The notes beneath the pieces were generated by a model, which saw nothing but the letters and a program-made list of their open reading frames with translations, made no database searches and was not told the DNA's origin. The translations under genes were made by a program, and so were the position numbers. A stretch of DNA of 54,832 nucleotides, the filler included, from Streblomastix strix (lineage: Eukaryota), in assembly GCA_008636045.1 (NCBI GenBank). It is 3 parts of 3 records of this genome, joined end to end, with 100 filler letters (N's around TTAATTAATTAA, not from the genome) between each part and the next. Parts side by side here need not be neighbours in the genome. Positions count along the whole stretch, not along the records: positions 1 to 18,221 come from SNRW01000628.1; positions 18,322 to 36,540 come from SNRW01000629.1; 1 more part is not named here. The stretch is one strand, 5' to 3'. Positions within the stretch are counted from its first letter, which is position 1, and every line of letters begins with the position of its first letter. Shown here in pieces: positions 14,601 to 28,200 of the stretch.

Positions 14601-17600
14601 AATAAATTTGAACTCAATTCACTTCATAAATAATTTCCTCATATATTTCCATATTCTTTTTCTTTCTCTTAATTGAATAAAGATTCTTTTTCTTTTATTC
14701 CACATTTTTATCTTCAAAATAGAAAATAATTTAATGATTATAATATAAATGATAATAATAAATCAAAAATGAATATATAATATTATTATTATGATGATGA
14801 TTATTAATAATAAATAATGAACAATAAATCTAAAATGGAATAAAATGAAGATTAAAACATTCAAATAAATAAAAACAATGAAAAAGAAAATAAAAACAAA
14901 TAAATTAACAAATAAATAAAATAATAATAATCTTCATCATCTAATAATTAATAATTATAACATAATTCACTGTATCAATTAATATAACTACAATCTCATT
15001 CAATATAATAATTAATTATACATTAGTCTATTCAATAATCATTTAGATATATTTTGAATACACATTCAATATAGAAACAATAATTATTTAAATTATTACC
15101 ATCATCTCCATATTAAATATAATAATTATAATAATAACTTCAATAACAATAAATTACTTAATCATCATCATCATAATAATAATAACAATAAACTAATAAA
15201 CAAATAAAAAAAGAATATAAAAACAATGAAAAAGATTATTAATAATCTAATATTTCATCGAATACATTATAATTACAACAATAACAATATATTAAACAAT
15301 AAAGAACCATAACATTATAATAAGCAAGAATATATCGAGAAGAAACACTTCGATTAAGATTATTATAATAATTATTGAATAAATAAAGAAAAGAAATTGA
15401 ATAATTCATATATTTGAGTGTGAAATATATAGAAAATAATGAAAATGAAAGAAATGAAGATAAATAATAATAATAATAGTAATAGCATTCACATTTAAAT
15501 GATAATAATTACTAAACAATAATTTAATTCAATCGACCAGATGAATTTAATTGTATTTATTTCAATATTCCTGATAACAATATTAATGAATAATAGAATT
15601 AATAAATTGAATAAGAATATGAATAAGAAAATAATTTAAATAATAATAATAATTAATAAGCATGGATCCAATCATAAGATGGATGGAATTGGTTTGGAAA
15701 TGAATAATTGAATGAATAAGATTAAGAAAATGAATATGAATTTGAATTTTAATATAATAATTATAACAATAATATATAATTAATATCAGATTAACCACAA
15801 TTTATATTCAATGATTCTGATTGTTATGAATATGATTAAATGAATTATAATAATAATCAATATAATTGTCCAGTAACAATCATGCATAAATGCAATTGTT
15901 AATTAGAATATAATAAATAGAAAAATAATAATGAATAAATTGAAATTAAATCAAAAGAACAAATAAAATAAGAATCAATATATTAATCGCATCTAAATCA
16001 TCATTAATCAAATAATTCTTCTTTTATCCACTATTCTCCAAATATATTCAATATCAACATATAAATGGAACCAAGATGGCTTTAAAATTAATTTATTGAG
16101 TAGAATTAAGTGAAAAAGATACAAAAATGGTGGAAATCAGCAAAATGCGGAGAATGGCAGAAAAAATTGAATTTAAAATATTCATAATAAGAAAAAGAAT
16201 ACAAATAATAATAATAGAAAGAATTAGAGTATAAAAATAAAGAAAAGAATAAAAAAAAAGATAAAGATAATATTCATGATAAAAATGAAGGAATAATTAA
16301 TTGAAAGAAAGATCTTGAAAAGATTATGAAGTAAATGAATGAAAAGAAAGAAAAAGAATAAGAATTGAATAATCTGAATAATCTGAATAATAAATAGAAA
16401 TAGAAATAAAATAATAATAATGATGATTATGATGAAGTAGAAAAGATACTTTCAGGATCATTTGATATGAATGATTTTGATAAGTTCTTAGATGATGATA
16501 ATTATTAAATAACAAATAAAGATAAAATTAAAGATAAATAAAATAATATTGAAACGATAAATTAAAATAATGTTGTTAGATTTAATTAAATAAAATAAGA
16601 AAAAGAAAAATAATAATAGAAATAATAATATTCAGAAGATGATGATGAAGAAGAAGAAGAAGAAGAAGATGATGATAACAAATGGTTAACTGAAAGTTCA
16701 AGTGGATTTGTGAAGAGAAATGATTAATAACAATAAAAATAATAATAACTTTAATAATAATATCTTAGATAATAAAATATCGATGAAGATGATGAAGATG
16801 AAGAAGAAGAAGAATATGAATCAATCAGAAAAAGATCTCAATATCGAGTGTCTAATATATTTGGTGATGTTGGAAGAGTATATGAATAAGAATAATAATA
16901 AGAATAAGAAGATAAAGAAAGAATTGAATAAGAAGAAAGAAGAAGAATAAGAAGATAATAAAGACAATAAGAAATGGATTAAGAGAATATAATTTAGAAT
17001 GAAAGAATTGGAATATAAAGAAATAATGAATTTAATAATGAATTTAATAGAGAAGGATGGATTGATTATTAAATTGAAGATGAAGATGAAGATGAAGATG
17101 ATGATAATTATATTGATTAGAATAAATAAAAAAGAAGAAATAAATAATAATAATAATAAAGAATATAGAGTAGTTTAAATTCAACATATAATACAAATAA
17201 TTCATCATCATTATAATCATAATAATCATAAGAGTCAATTACATCATAATAATCATAAATGAAAAGTGGAAATGCATTATAGTTATTAATTAAATAAAGA
17301 TAAAGAGATATCAGTAAATTAGAAAAGAATGCAGCTAAACAATAATAATAAATAATGAATTATTAATAATAATTAAGTTAATATGATGAAAAAGTTTTAT
17401 AGAGAAAGAATAAAACACAACCAAAAATCATGAATAATAAATCATAATAAAATTAAAATAAGAATCTGAATTAAAAAGAGAAAGATAATAATAATAATTA
17501 ATCTTCCAATGATATTAAAGAAAGAAATAAAGAATAAAATGAATTAAAATAAGAATCGAATAAAAGAGATATAATAATAATGACTCCACCAAATAGACCA

Positions 17601-18221
17601 TCTTCACCAATACTTTTATATTAGAATAAGAATGATAAGGAAAATTAATTATAAGTTTAACAGTAAATATTGTTATTGAATCAGAAGAAATAATAAATGC
17701 AGAATTAACATCAAAACCAATAAATATAAAATTCAAGACAAATTCCTTAGAAATTAATTAGTTTGAATGAACAATAACAATAACAAAAATAATAAAAAGA
17801 GATTTCATAAGAATAATCGTAATAATAAGCATAATAACAATTATAACTGCTTTAAAAGGAAAGAATAATTCGTGGAGCATTTCTTCCTCCATTATAGAAA
17901 GAATAAGAATCAAAGAATATAAATTAATAATAATAAAAAATATCAGGAAATTCATCATAATTATTTAATAAATCAACAACACCCACAACTCCAATAAGAA
18001 AAGTAAGATCAGAAGGAAAAGATTTGAATTCATTTTCAAATTAAATAATATCAAATCCCTAATAATAATAAATATAATCAATTGGAATTATGAACTAAAA
18101 TATAAATACATCATAATCATCATATGGATTGAAACCACAAATGTATACACCACGAAGACCATAATCATCGAATAGACAACATCATTCATCACCATAACTA
18201 ACACATACTATTAATTCTACA
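8655..18221 (+). CDS. Giant (>3000 aa) Gln/Asn-rich leucine-rich-repeat protein with an IQ-like motif (LRR/IQ type), 3' truncated at contig end
   Basis: ATG 8655, intron ~8832-8910, then a very long coding-like stretch with LRR units (FPNLLLLDASVNKINTL, FPNLLSLSLYRNMI, LIYLDIGRNKI, LHTLTLYYNEI, LFSLNLSDNRI, IQQLNASFNEI), an LRRcap-like segment (LLALCNNLKVIDNEEV) and an IQ-like motif VKKIQKWWKS at ~16110-16140. Not every codon was checked. Confidence 0.7.
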
Positions 18222-18321
18222 NNNNNNNNNNNNNNNNNNNNNNNNNNNNNNNNNNNNNNNNNNNNTTAATTAATTAANNNNNNNNNNNNNNNNNNNNNNN
18301 NNNNNNNNNNNNNNNNNNNNN
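18222..18321. other. Artificial contig linker (N44-TTAATTAATTAA-N44)
   Basis: N runs around a six-frame-stop 12-mer; the three contig lengths are nearly equal and descending (18221, 18219, 18192), as in size-sorted concatenation. Confidence 0.97.
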
Positions 18322-18689
18322 ACACATATATTGTTACATCATATAAATATAAAATAAAGAGCCGGAAACAGCCGCGTATGGCCGGGCCGGAAATACCTAT
18401 TTTTTGACAAAATTTCACCAGGCCTATTTAAAAATTCATTTGAAATACTAATTCTGCTTTTAAATTTTAATTATTTATTTAAAACTTTATATATTTTGCA
18501 TATATTTAATAAATGCTTTAATTATTTAATACACATATTTATTTTAAAAATCAAAATTAATGAATTTTTAAAAAATAAAAGTTATTAAAAATTAATTTAC
18601 TAAAAATCCTACTTTGGCTATTGAACATTGTATATATTATATCCAACAACTTCATCTTTATTGAATGATTGCGATAAATTGATTGAAAT

Positions 18690-19300
18690 GATTCTTTTGG
18701 CAGATTCCACAGACAATAACTGCAATTGGATCGCGATTTTAAAAACTGCAAAAGAATGAATGAACCGCAAGTACACTAACAACGCTAGACGACCTCCGCG
18801 CAAAGACTCGTACTAGATACCAAGTTACGCCAACTTAATATCACAAAACCCGATTCAGGTCGCCGTGCAGCTGAAATCGATATTTGTGAACGCGTCACGC
18901 GAAAACATTGAGATAGACCCGATAGACCCTGACTAAACAATTGCGACTCCAGAAGAGGTATCATCGAACGCAATATTGGAAGCACTGACGCTTTTAGCCA
19001 GGCTATCATGATATGAAACGCTGCAGATCGATTTTTACAGAGAGGAACCTTCAAAATAACAAGTCGTTGATACTAGGTAACGCACAAGTGCAGCCATAGA
19101 TTAGATGGCACGGAGATGACATCCGAAACGCAACAATCCACCGCCGTAGCCAGAGCTAGCCTTTTATCAAGTCCTCGCAAATCTAGAAACGAAATTGCTG
19201 CAAAACAGACAGTTATAGGGAACCTTAACATAGATGAAAAATCAAGATTGAATAGCAGCATTAAAATTTAATTTATGCATGTTCGTAAACATATATGATG
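18690..19300 (+). pseudogene. GC-enriched decayed ORF of unknown (probably mobile-element) origin
   Basis: Frame reads ...QRLVLDTKLRQLNITKPDSGRRAAEIDICERVTRKH*DRPDRP*LNNCDSRRG...; several in-frame TGA, GC content well above the flanks. Confidence 0.35.
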
Positions 19301-19702
19301 CGATTTGCAACGTTAGTATGACGCGAGCACTGATGTACGCGATCAAATATTTTACTATAAAAGAATTTATTTAATTTGAATATATTTCCATGTTAATTGA
19401 ATAAAACCAATTAAGATATAAAATATTGTGATTACTACTAAAATTCTTAAATATATGAAAGAAAATAAATGTGACTATATAAATAGATAAAAATATATTT
19501 AATATTAAAGATTTAATTTTTAAAATCTAATATTTTATAAAATTAAAAATTAAATTTTCCAACATTCTCATTGAATTTTTCAGAGAAATTGCTATCTGTA
19601 ATGAGTATGAAATTAACGAAGAGCTATACTTTCTTGAAGCACGAAAGTTTATGCTTGTAAGGCATCTTTAAATTCTTACCATTTGTCTCAATGTGTCTCC
19701 AA

Positions 19703-20707
19703 TCATGAATTCTGTTCAGACGAAGGAAATGTGTTCTGGAACATACCCTGCAATTTTTGTCGTGCTTCATAGTCATGTCTGGTTGTCCAAGCTCTAAGTG
19801 CGTTCTGTAGTTGTATACTCAGAATTGACTCTAAAATGTTGATTGCTGTAGCATATAATTAATCTCCACTTATGAAATGCATTCATTTTAGCAGAAACTT
19901 CTGTACCCCAAATAAATGTTAATCACAAAAGCTTTGATCAGGAGAATAAGGAGGATGTAAAAATCTATTGAAAATAGAATTATCAATGAATTTTTTTGTA
20001 ATAGATGCATTATAGGATAATGAATTATTGAAGTTAATTGCGAAATCTTTAGTATTTATATGATACATTACTCCAACCTTAGTTTCTAACAGTACAAGTA
20101 CTTCATTTTCGAATATTTCTGCATTCATATTTGATCTTTGAGGCAATTAATGAGTTGTAAAGATTCTTTCACCGGAAAAGAAAACTGTCAACATTACCTT
20201 AGGTGCTCCAATTAACTTTCTCTATCTTTCTAGTTGTGGCTCTCCTCTTCTTATCCACTATGCATCTTATTCGTTATCAAAATGTAACCAAGTTTCATCC
20301 GTTGTGGAAAATTTCCAGAATCAGTCAGCTTCGAGAATTTTCACTTACTGAATCATTATCTTAGCAAATGATACCCATTAAATCATATGCAATAGCTCTA
20401 ATTTATGAGATACCCACTTAAAACAAACACGTATGAACTCCGTTTAATCCATAATAATTCGTTTGATTTTGTTTATCTTTCTAAAATGTCTAAACATATC
20501 ATCTGAGTGAAATGTGAGGATTATCTTATAGAGCCTCTACAATTCTTGGCCTAAGACCTGTATATTTTAGTCTACTTACTATAATTCCTATAGAAACAAT
20601 GGTTTCTTAGTTATGTTTAACGTAAAAATTCTTGATGATTTGAAATTCAGAAGATATGGATGGTTCCGTTCAGAACCAATATCTATAATTTTATTCCATA
20701 AAAACAT
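19703..20707 (-). pseudogene. Mariner/Tc1-family (DD34D-type) transposase, decayed
   Basis: KWVSHKL (WVPHEL motif), STTDETWLHFDNE (first D), WIRRGE, KVMLTVFFS, degenerate HDNA (FNNS), HPPYSPDQSFCD (YSPDLAPxD motif); in-frame TGAs at ~20323 and 19883. Confidence 0.88.
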
Positions 20708-21219
20708 TTAAATTATTTTTATTAATAATTTTCGTAAATATTAAAATTTCAAATTTGCTCGTACAAAAAAAAAGTGCAAAAATATTATTTTATTTTATGC
20801 GCCACTAATCGAATGTACTACTCTGCATGGTTTGCAAATATTTATAGTTCAATATTTTTAAATTATTATTTTATAAAAATTTATTATCCAAATTATATAT
20901 TTATTTAAATAAAATGAATTTTTTGATAAAATATTCTCAAAATCATAACTTTGAACATTAATTAATTAAATGATACAAATAATATATGATATATATACGC
21001 ACTATAAATATTATTAATCTAAAACTATGTCAATATAAACGCTGCAAACAAAAGTTTTCTGAAAATATCTAAAATTTTCAAAATTTCCAATATTAAAAAT
21101 AAATATTTAATTATAATCCAATAAGACCTGATAGATATTATCATATTTAAAATTATGCATTCCAATTTTAGTACACATAGTTTATATTTAAATAATAAAA
21201 ACTTATCCGGATGGATCGG

Positions 21220-21260
21220 TTAAAAAAAATTCAATACTTGGACTTATTTTCCGGCCTATA
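21220..21260 (-). mobile_element. Probable 5' terminal inverted repeat of the mariner element with flanking TA
   Basis: Minus strand reads TA-TAGGCCGGAAAATAAGTCCAAGTATTG upstream of the transposase; only a partial match (GGCCGGAAATA) is seen near 18384. Confidence 0.45.
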
Positions 21261-21549
21261 TTTAGATTCAATTGAATTGATCTAAGATGTTACTAATTCA
21301 TGATGATTATCACCATCTGAAGCTATTAGAGATGTATCTTCGTTGAATGAGTTCATCATTTTTTCTGAAATTTTTATTTTGAATATTTAAATTATAATAC
21401 TTATTTATTATTCCAATTTTGCTTCAGAGTTTAAAATATTGATTAAAATAAAATATTGGTAAAATATTAAAAAAAATATATAAATGAAATATGAAAACAA
21501 CCTATAGATCAAGAAATTCCAATTAAAAAATCTAAAAAGATCATAAATC

Positions 21550-21635
21550 ATTCAAAATATTATTTAAATTATTTAAAATATTTTTTGTAATTTAAGATAA
21601 TATTAAGAATATAAAATTATTAAATTTTATATATT
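21550..21635 (+). repeat. Direct repeat copy A (44-bp exact core 21583-21626)
   Basis: TTTTGTAATTTAAGATAATATTAAGAATATAAAATTATTAAATT is identical at 35032-35075, with further imperfect similarity upstream. Confidence 0.8.
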
Positions 21636-22209
21636 ATATATTATATTAATATAACCATAGAATTCTGGGGAAAAATATTCCCCAGGATTCAAAAAATTTT
21701 CCACAGGACATTATCAGAAGCACCAAAGGTTTTTTAAAATAATAAAAATAAATACAGATAAAATATTTCTTATAAAGTGAAAATTAAACTATAGAGAATA
21801 ATTTTTTTCAACAAATAATAATTAAAATTAGTTTTATAGCACAATTAGAATAAATTTATTTAATTTTTTTGATTGAAATTTATTATTGCCCATTATATGT
21901 AAGTGAATATTTATATTTTGATTATTATTTTATACTATTTAGAAGCACTTTCTTCAATTGGAAGTCAAAAAAAATCAATATTATATAATTTAATTATCAT
22001 ATAAGTTCTTAATATATTCTTATAACTATTTATGATCGTCAATAGAAACTTGAAAAGATTTAATGTATATTTAGCAAATATAGACATTTATACTTTATTT
22101 CCATTTCATTTATTATATATTAACTACATATATGAACTAATATAATATTGTGAAGCAAATAAATTAAATCAAAAAAATTTTTTTTTATTTTAAAATATCT
22201 TTTTATTTT

Positions 22210-23605
22210 ACTATAAAATTATTTTTATTGATAGTTAGATTTAAAATTTATCTTCTATATGAAACAAACACTAGCAAGGATCTCATTGGTATATAAATGT
22301 ATAGTGTAAAGTATCATCTATGCATATATATAATATCATCTTAATCTGATTAATATTTATTGAAGATATTGAGATTAAAATATTATTAAGAAAATTTCCC
22401 ATTAATTATATATTAAAATCCATAAATTAATTCATCCTTCGCTGAGATAGTATCTTTCACCAATCCACAGAATCGTTCTATTATCAAATAATTTAATTCT
22501 TCCAATTGTAAATATTCATATCCTTAGAATTCAATTAAAATTTTAGAGATTTAACTAACAAATCTTATACTTATTTTCTCGAATAGTGAGTGATATTATT
22601 CTAATGGATTTGTTGCTGTTATATTCTTTTTACCCTCTAAATCAAAGTCTTACTGAACGTAATTAATCATAAATAAAAGTCTTATTTTAATAGAAAATTA
22701 TAATTATATTTTGAAAGCAATCATATTCCTAAATGAAAAAGCACCAGCCATTTTTGCAAATTATAACTTTTATTATTTTAAGCAAATTTCAGTAACTTAT
22801 TTTATTTGATTTAATATTATCCATTTAATGCCTTACTAGATACGTCTGTTAATGTGAACACATCTTTCAAGTCAATTTTATGCTTCTAAATTTATTTCAC
22901 CGTATCAACTATTTTCGATTATTTTTTCACTTCATTATTATTTTTCAATAATGGTTTAATTATCTATTGATAGTAGTCTTTATTATAATATCTTAGGATC
23001 TTTGTTAAGATACATGGATTTGGTTTACATACACCATTAGATGCAGCGTATCCATAATTCTTATCAGCGTTTGCAGAAAGCTTATTGAATTAGCGTATAT
23101 TACCTAATCCTTAAGCTTTAATCTATTCATTATTGATTCCTTATAATACACAGAAAGTCCATAGATGAGACATTTCCACATTAATCGGTTAAGGATAGTT
23201 ATGAATATCAAGGTTCTCCAATCCATCAGCACACGCTTATGCAAGTTCATCATTCATTTATTCCATTATACCATCATCTTTTATTTTAACTCCATATACT
23301 CTATCGTGTTGCTGTTATGCGTAATCTTTATATGACATTTCAATATCAATATTTTATTTATCAAGAATCTCTCTCAAGCTCGCTAAATGTGATGCATTTT
23401 CCCAATCATTAACTGCTTCATATTTGAGTGTAACTCGTTAGTTATTTTTAGTTTCTCGGATTGATGTATTTGGAGCAACTACTTGATTCTAAACCAATTC
23501 TTTAGTCTCTAATCCATTTTCTATTTTATATTTAGTCATTTATGCAAATACCTCAATATCATAACTATCTGATATAGCTACTTTGACATTACGATTGGAT
23601 TGTAA
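22210..23605 (-). pseudogene. C-terminal part of a viral primase(-helicase) gene, split by the TIR element; frameshifted and truncated before any Walker A
   Basis: LQSNRNVKVAISDSYDIEVFAQM...NQVVAPNTSIRETKNNQRVTLKYEAVNDWENASHLASLREILDK...MNDELAQACADGLENLDIHNYPQPIN...LTKILRYYNKDYYQQIIKPLLK...FCGLVKDTISAKDE; continues the primase half at 31682-32358. Confidence 0.75.
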
Positions 23606-23903
23606 CTACTATACGATGGTGTTTTTCCAGTACCTTAACTTTTTCACGATGTTTTGGATCCAACCCTCCACGATTCTTGCCAAATTGGTCATTCTGGACA
23701 ATTTACCCAATTTGTCAACGATTCTAGCATATTTTTATCATAATTTAAACAATTTGTTCAGAATACTGGGAATCTCAACGATTATTTGAAAATGGAAAGT
23801 TGTGGAAAATCAATATTTAATATCAATTATTCTAATAAATATTTACCATTATTTATATATATTGATTAGGATAAATTACTAAGAAACAAATGCCAAAAAC
23901 GCT
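23606..23903 (+). repeat. Left terminal inverted repeat (298 bp)
   Basis: CTACTATACGATGGT...GCCAAAAACGCT is the reverse complement of 31379-31676 with scattered substitutions and no net indel. Confidence 0.95.
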
Positions 23904-23949
23904 GACCGAGCAATAAATTTTATTCAATAATATTAAAAAATATTATTTT

Positions 23950-25226
23950 GTAAATACAAATTAATCTGATAATGATGCACTAAATATTTTGCAATAAATC
24001 ATACATCTAGCTAGAGCAAAAGAATTACTGAATCTATCGAACTTCATAACACAACTCAAAATATTTAAGAACAAACAGGAATAATAAGTAGTATTGAATA
24101 ATATAGAGAAGGTGATTATTGGAGAAAAATCTATAACATAATGGTATGAAATTTTTGTGTAAGAAGCAAGACAATATAATATACCAAAACGTGGGAAAAG
24201 TGGTCGTTCCAAACTGATAAAATTAAAAGATGAGGAATGAATAAAAAGAGTAAGTAAGAGAATAGAAAAATGAGACAGTTGAGATTGTTAAATTTCCTTG
24301 GAAAACTAAAGTGAAAGCATATGCTAGAATCAATAATGTAGAACCATAAGAAATTCAACAAAGAGTACAAGACTTTTAAATAAAACCATTAAAGTAATTT
24401 CATCGACTATATTTTAGTAACTAGTTTGGTTCTTGTGAGATTGATCTTGTTTATGAATGTAATAACAAAAATAGAGAAGTGAACTATTAATTTGCAATAA
24501 ATATTAATACAAAATATTTGATAGTATTTCCAATAATCAATAAATCAGTATCTAAAGTAATAAATGCGTTGAAAAAACTTATAAATTAATAGCATGTAAC
24601 TAACATAAGATGTGATGGAAAAAGATCCTTCAAAGGAAAGGATGCACAATAATTCTTAGAAGAGTAAGGAATTTAATGCTTTTTCACAGGATCACAGTTC
24701 ATATAACACAATAGAATAGTTGAATCAGTAGTTAAGACTATTCGTAATGGATTTGGTACAAGTAATAATGATTTTGCTGATCCTGATAAATTATAACAGT
24801 TAGTCTATATCTATAATAAGATTCCACACTTAGCATATGAAAATAAATTCTCTCCTGAGGAAGTATAGTATAACTCAGATATTGAAGGGACATTCATTAG
24901 AATGAAAGAATAAGAGTTAAATGATATAAAAAAAATAAAAAGCAGAAACATTATATAATTTTAAATAAGGTAATATATTGATGATTCATCTTGATTTATC
25001 TAAGACTGCTTTCTCTTTCATGAAACGGAGAAGATAATTCAATGAGCTAGCGGAATTCATAGAATATAGGAATAGTAATGTAGTATGTAGACTCTTACGA
25101 TAATTCATATCATATCACAAAAAATTATCTATTGTAGAAATACATATATGCTACTGTAAGAAAGTTAGTGAGAACATAGATTCATTAATCAGTGCTTATT
25201 TATAAAAGTTTGACATAAAAATTTGA
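23950..25226 (+). pseudogene. Retroviral-type (rve, DDE) integrase of the Polinton/Maverick class, disrupted
   Basis: GSCEIDLVY, FAININTKYL, NIRCDGKRSF, HNRIVESVVKTIRNGF, LVYIYNKIPH, then an SH3-like tail (FKQGNILMIHLD...KRRR). In-frame TGA at ~24238 and frameshifts near 24270 and 24940. Confidence 0.85.
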
Positions 25227-25237
25227 AAAAAAATTGA

Positions 25238-28200
25238 TCACATGTAAAGGTAGTTAGATGCATCAACAGTCATAATCTAAATAGCACATGGGTATGATTA
25301 ACTTTTAGAAATATCACTATTAATTACTATCATTTTATCAACCACACCTGTTAATGCAGACTTAGTTATTTTTACCATGGACATCACACCATTTTTCAAT
25401 TAAATTTAAGTAATTGGAACTGATACATTTGAATTATATATAATAAAATTAATGTAATCATCTTTTGTCAAACCACTATTCTTTTCATTAATTCCCTTCA
25501 TTCTTATTACGTCCTCATCAGTATCCTCATCATCATCATCTTTTTTATTACGAATAGCTGAGTAATATTTATGTGCTAGACAAATGATGCTTTCTCTCTA
25601 TGATTCAATAACTCACCTAAGTAGCTTCTTTTTTTTAGCAATTGTACAAACTTACCAAGGTAGCCACTCTTTATAATGATTATCCCAGAATTCTTGATAC
25701 ATAATTACATGTTTGAATTATTATTTATATCCTTCAATCTATGATCCACTAATACATAGTTACATTGAGTCGGTATCCATACAGCAGAAGTGGACACGAT
25801 TCATATCAATACATTTGTATAGGAAGAAGTAAATGAAGCATAAATACTAGAATTTTGAATTGTCTTATGTGAAGATACTTTCTTATAAGCATTTATGAGC
25901 GGAGAATGAATCTGGATTAATTGATACAAGATTGCGGACATCTCAAATCTTTCGTGAGTTAGTGAAACCTTTATTTAATTATTTTAGATATGTTTATTAT
26001 TTATTGTAGATACCAATCTTATCAAATTTTTCATTATTCTAACCATCAGCTCCATATGAACTATTCAATATATTTTAGAAATAAAGTTATTTAGCTTAAT
26101 TATCCTCTCTCATTGTTTATTAACGTTTCTCAGCCATTACTTCTACGAATGATTTGAATCCGGTATGTTTGGCGAATAATACTATCTCTTCAACATCGTC
26201 GATAACGAAATGACAATAATCTATTTACAGTCATAAGTAATATGAGCTAAATGACATAAACTAACCATGTGTAGATAGAATGGAGGCTAATTTTGTTACA
26301 AATTTATTAATAGATAATCATTATTTTTTCATCTTTTCATAAGTGAATTTTCCAATTGTTTTATCATCAATTTTATAAGTGCGCTTCCTCCAGATTGGTG
26401 GAAAGTTAATGTGTTCGTTAATATGATATTTATCAATGTGTCCCTTAACTTATGCTATGAATAGCTATCCTTTTTCCTCTGAGAATCTATCTTCTGAGTT
26501 AATGATATTCATCATCTCTTTTCGCTTGGTGGCTCCATAATCTTGATCATTTGTTTCGCATATTTTAATGCGTTTTATTACTCTTCCAACCATGTTCATC
26601 TTACCTCCAGTATACAGATTATTATTATTATAAATTCAACAGAAAACACTTGGATATAATGAATTAAAATCAAGATCCAAAATATTTGTTATGATGTAAT
26701 TTAATTCGTAAGCCGTTATAATATTTGTTTCAGGATAATATTTTAATTTATTTATGTGGGTTAATCCTTTTTTATTGTATTGATGAAACACTTAGCTCAA
26801 TCTACCATGGATAGATTCGCGTAAAACCAATAAACTTCTTTATCATCAATTATCATAGGTAGATTCTTAACAATAGCGTACATATACATCTATATCACTA
26901 ATTTAGCCACATCAGCATCCTTATTTGATCTTGTAGAGTTACATAGTTAGCAGGCTAGTTTACAGTTATCTTTAGTGTGAGCAATGGTGTTATCAGATCG
27001 TTCAAGAGTTGGCTTGTTTACATTAGTGAACTTAGCATTACAATTGTAGCATTTATTTGGAATCATCTGATTGAAATAATCTATATCATTAGCAGTTACG
27101 TTATTTGTTGTATCTCTTCCTGCTTTGATATCCTGTTGCAAATACCCTTCAACTTTCTTATTGAATTTTTCTGAATAAAATTTATTTTCTTTATTATCTG
27201 TTTCTATATTCTAATCACTATTAATGTCAAAGTCTTCCTACGCATAATTATACTTAATTGAATTAGCGATTTTAGATAAGGATATCTAAGATAGCATATC
27301 AATACCTTACTACCTACATAAATCTATTAAATTTTTGAATGGAGCAAACATATATACAACATCACGAATATTTTAGTACTTTAGATAGGACCATCTATCC
27401 TTGAAATTACTCCAACCATTAGGTTGAGACAAAGTGAAATCTACAATGTATTTTTAATAATCTTTTTCACTAATATTTTTTCGACTAATTTAATTATAAA
27501 AATCCTTATGTTCAAATGGTTCAGTTGATGATAGGAACTAATTTACATTGTTAGTGTTGAAAAATCCATGAGGAAATTTACCCTTAATTAGTTTGGTTCC
27601 AGTCCAATATTTATGAACGAAATTATCGAGAGTCGTTGGAGATATAAATGTAAGAATATCCTTGAACACTAGCTCAAACTTATAGTTTGAATGTCTAATT
27701 GTTACTTACTTCTGTTATGTTGTTGATACAAGGTAAGAGTTATTTTTAAATATAATTTTAGGATATTAAACTAGATATGGAAAAATGATGTTAAAATCAA
27801 ACTTCTCTGAGTTAAATTTAAAGATTGCAACTTGATGAATCTTTTATTAATGTTTTTATTTTTCATTTTCATTATCAAATTTCATAACAGGTTCACACGC
27901 TAAATTTGCATCATTAACTTCATTCGCTAGCTCTCACATTTGCTCTATGAATTTATTCATGAAATCTTATGTTCGAATATCAATATATTTTGATTATATT
28001 TTATTATTAATTTATGTACCAATAAATATAGTTTGTGGTTTGAGTTATGCGTAGATTTATTAGTCATCTTAATTCTATTCTTCAACTGTTTCTGCTTCAA
28101 TGCAAATGTAATTTTTCGTGGGTTATAGTATGTCGCTAACTCCTTATTCATAATCCTTGGGAAATAGCTTAATCTTACCCGTTGCGAATAGTTTTTGATT

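Noticed and set aside
18222..18321. TTAATTAATTAA palindrome within N runs (also 36541-36640)
   Set aside because: Artificial concatenation linker; no synteny can be inferred across it, so the elements on contigs 2 and 3 are not physically linked.
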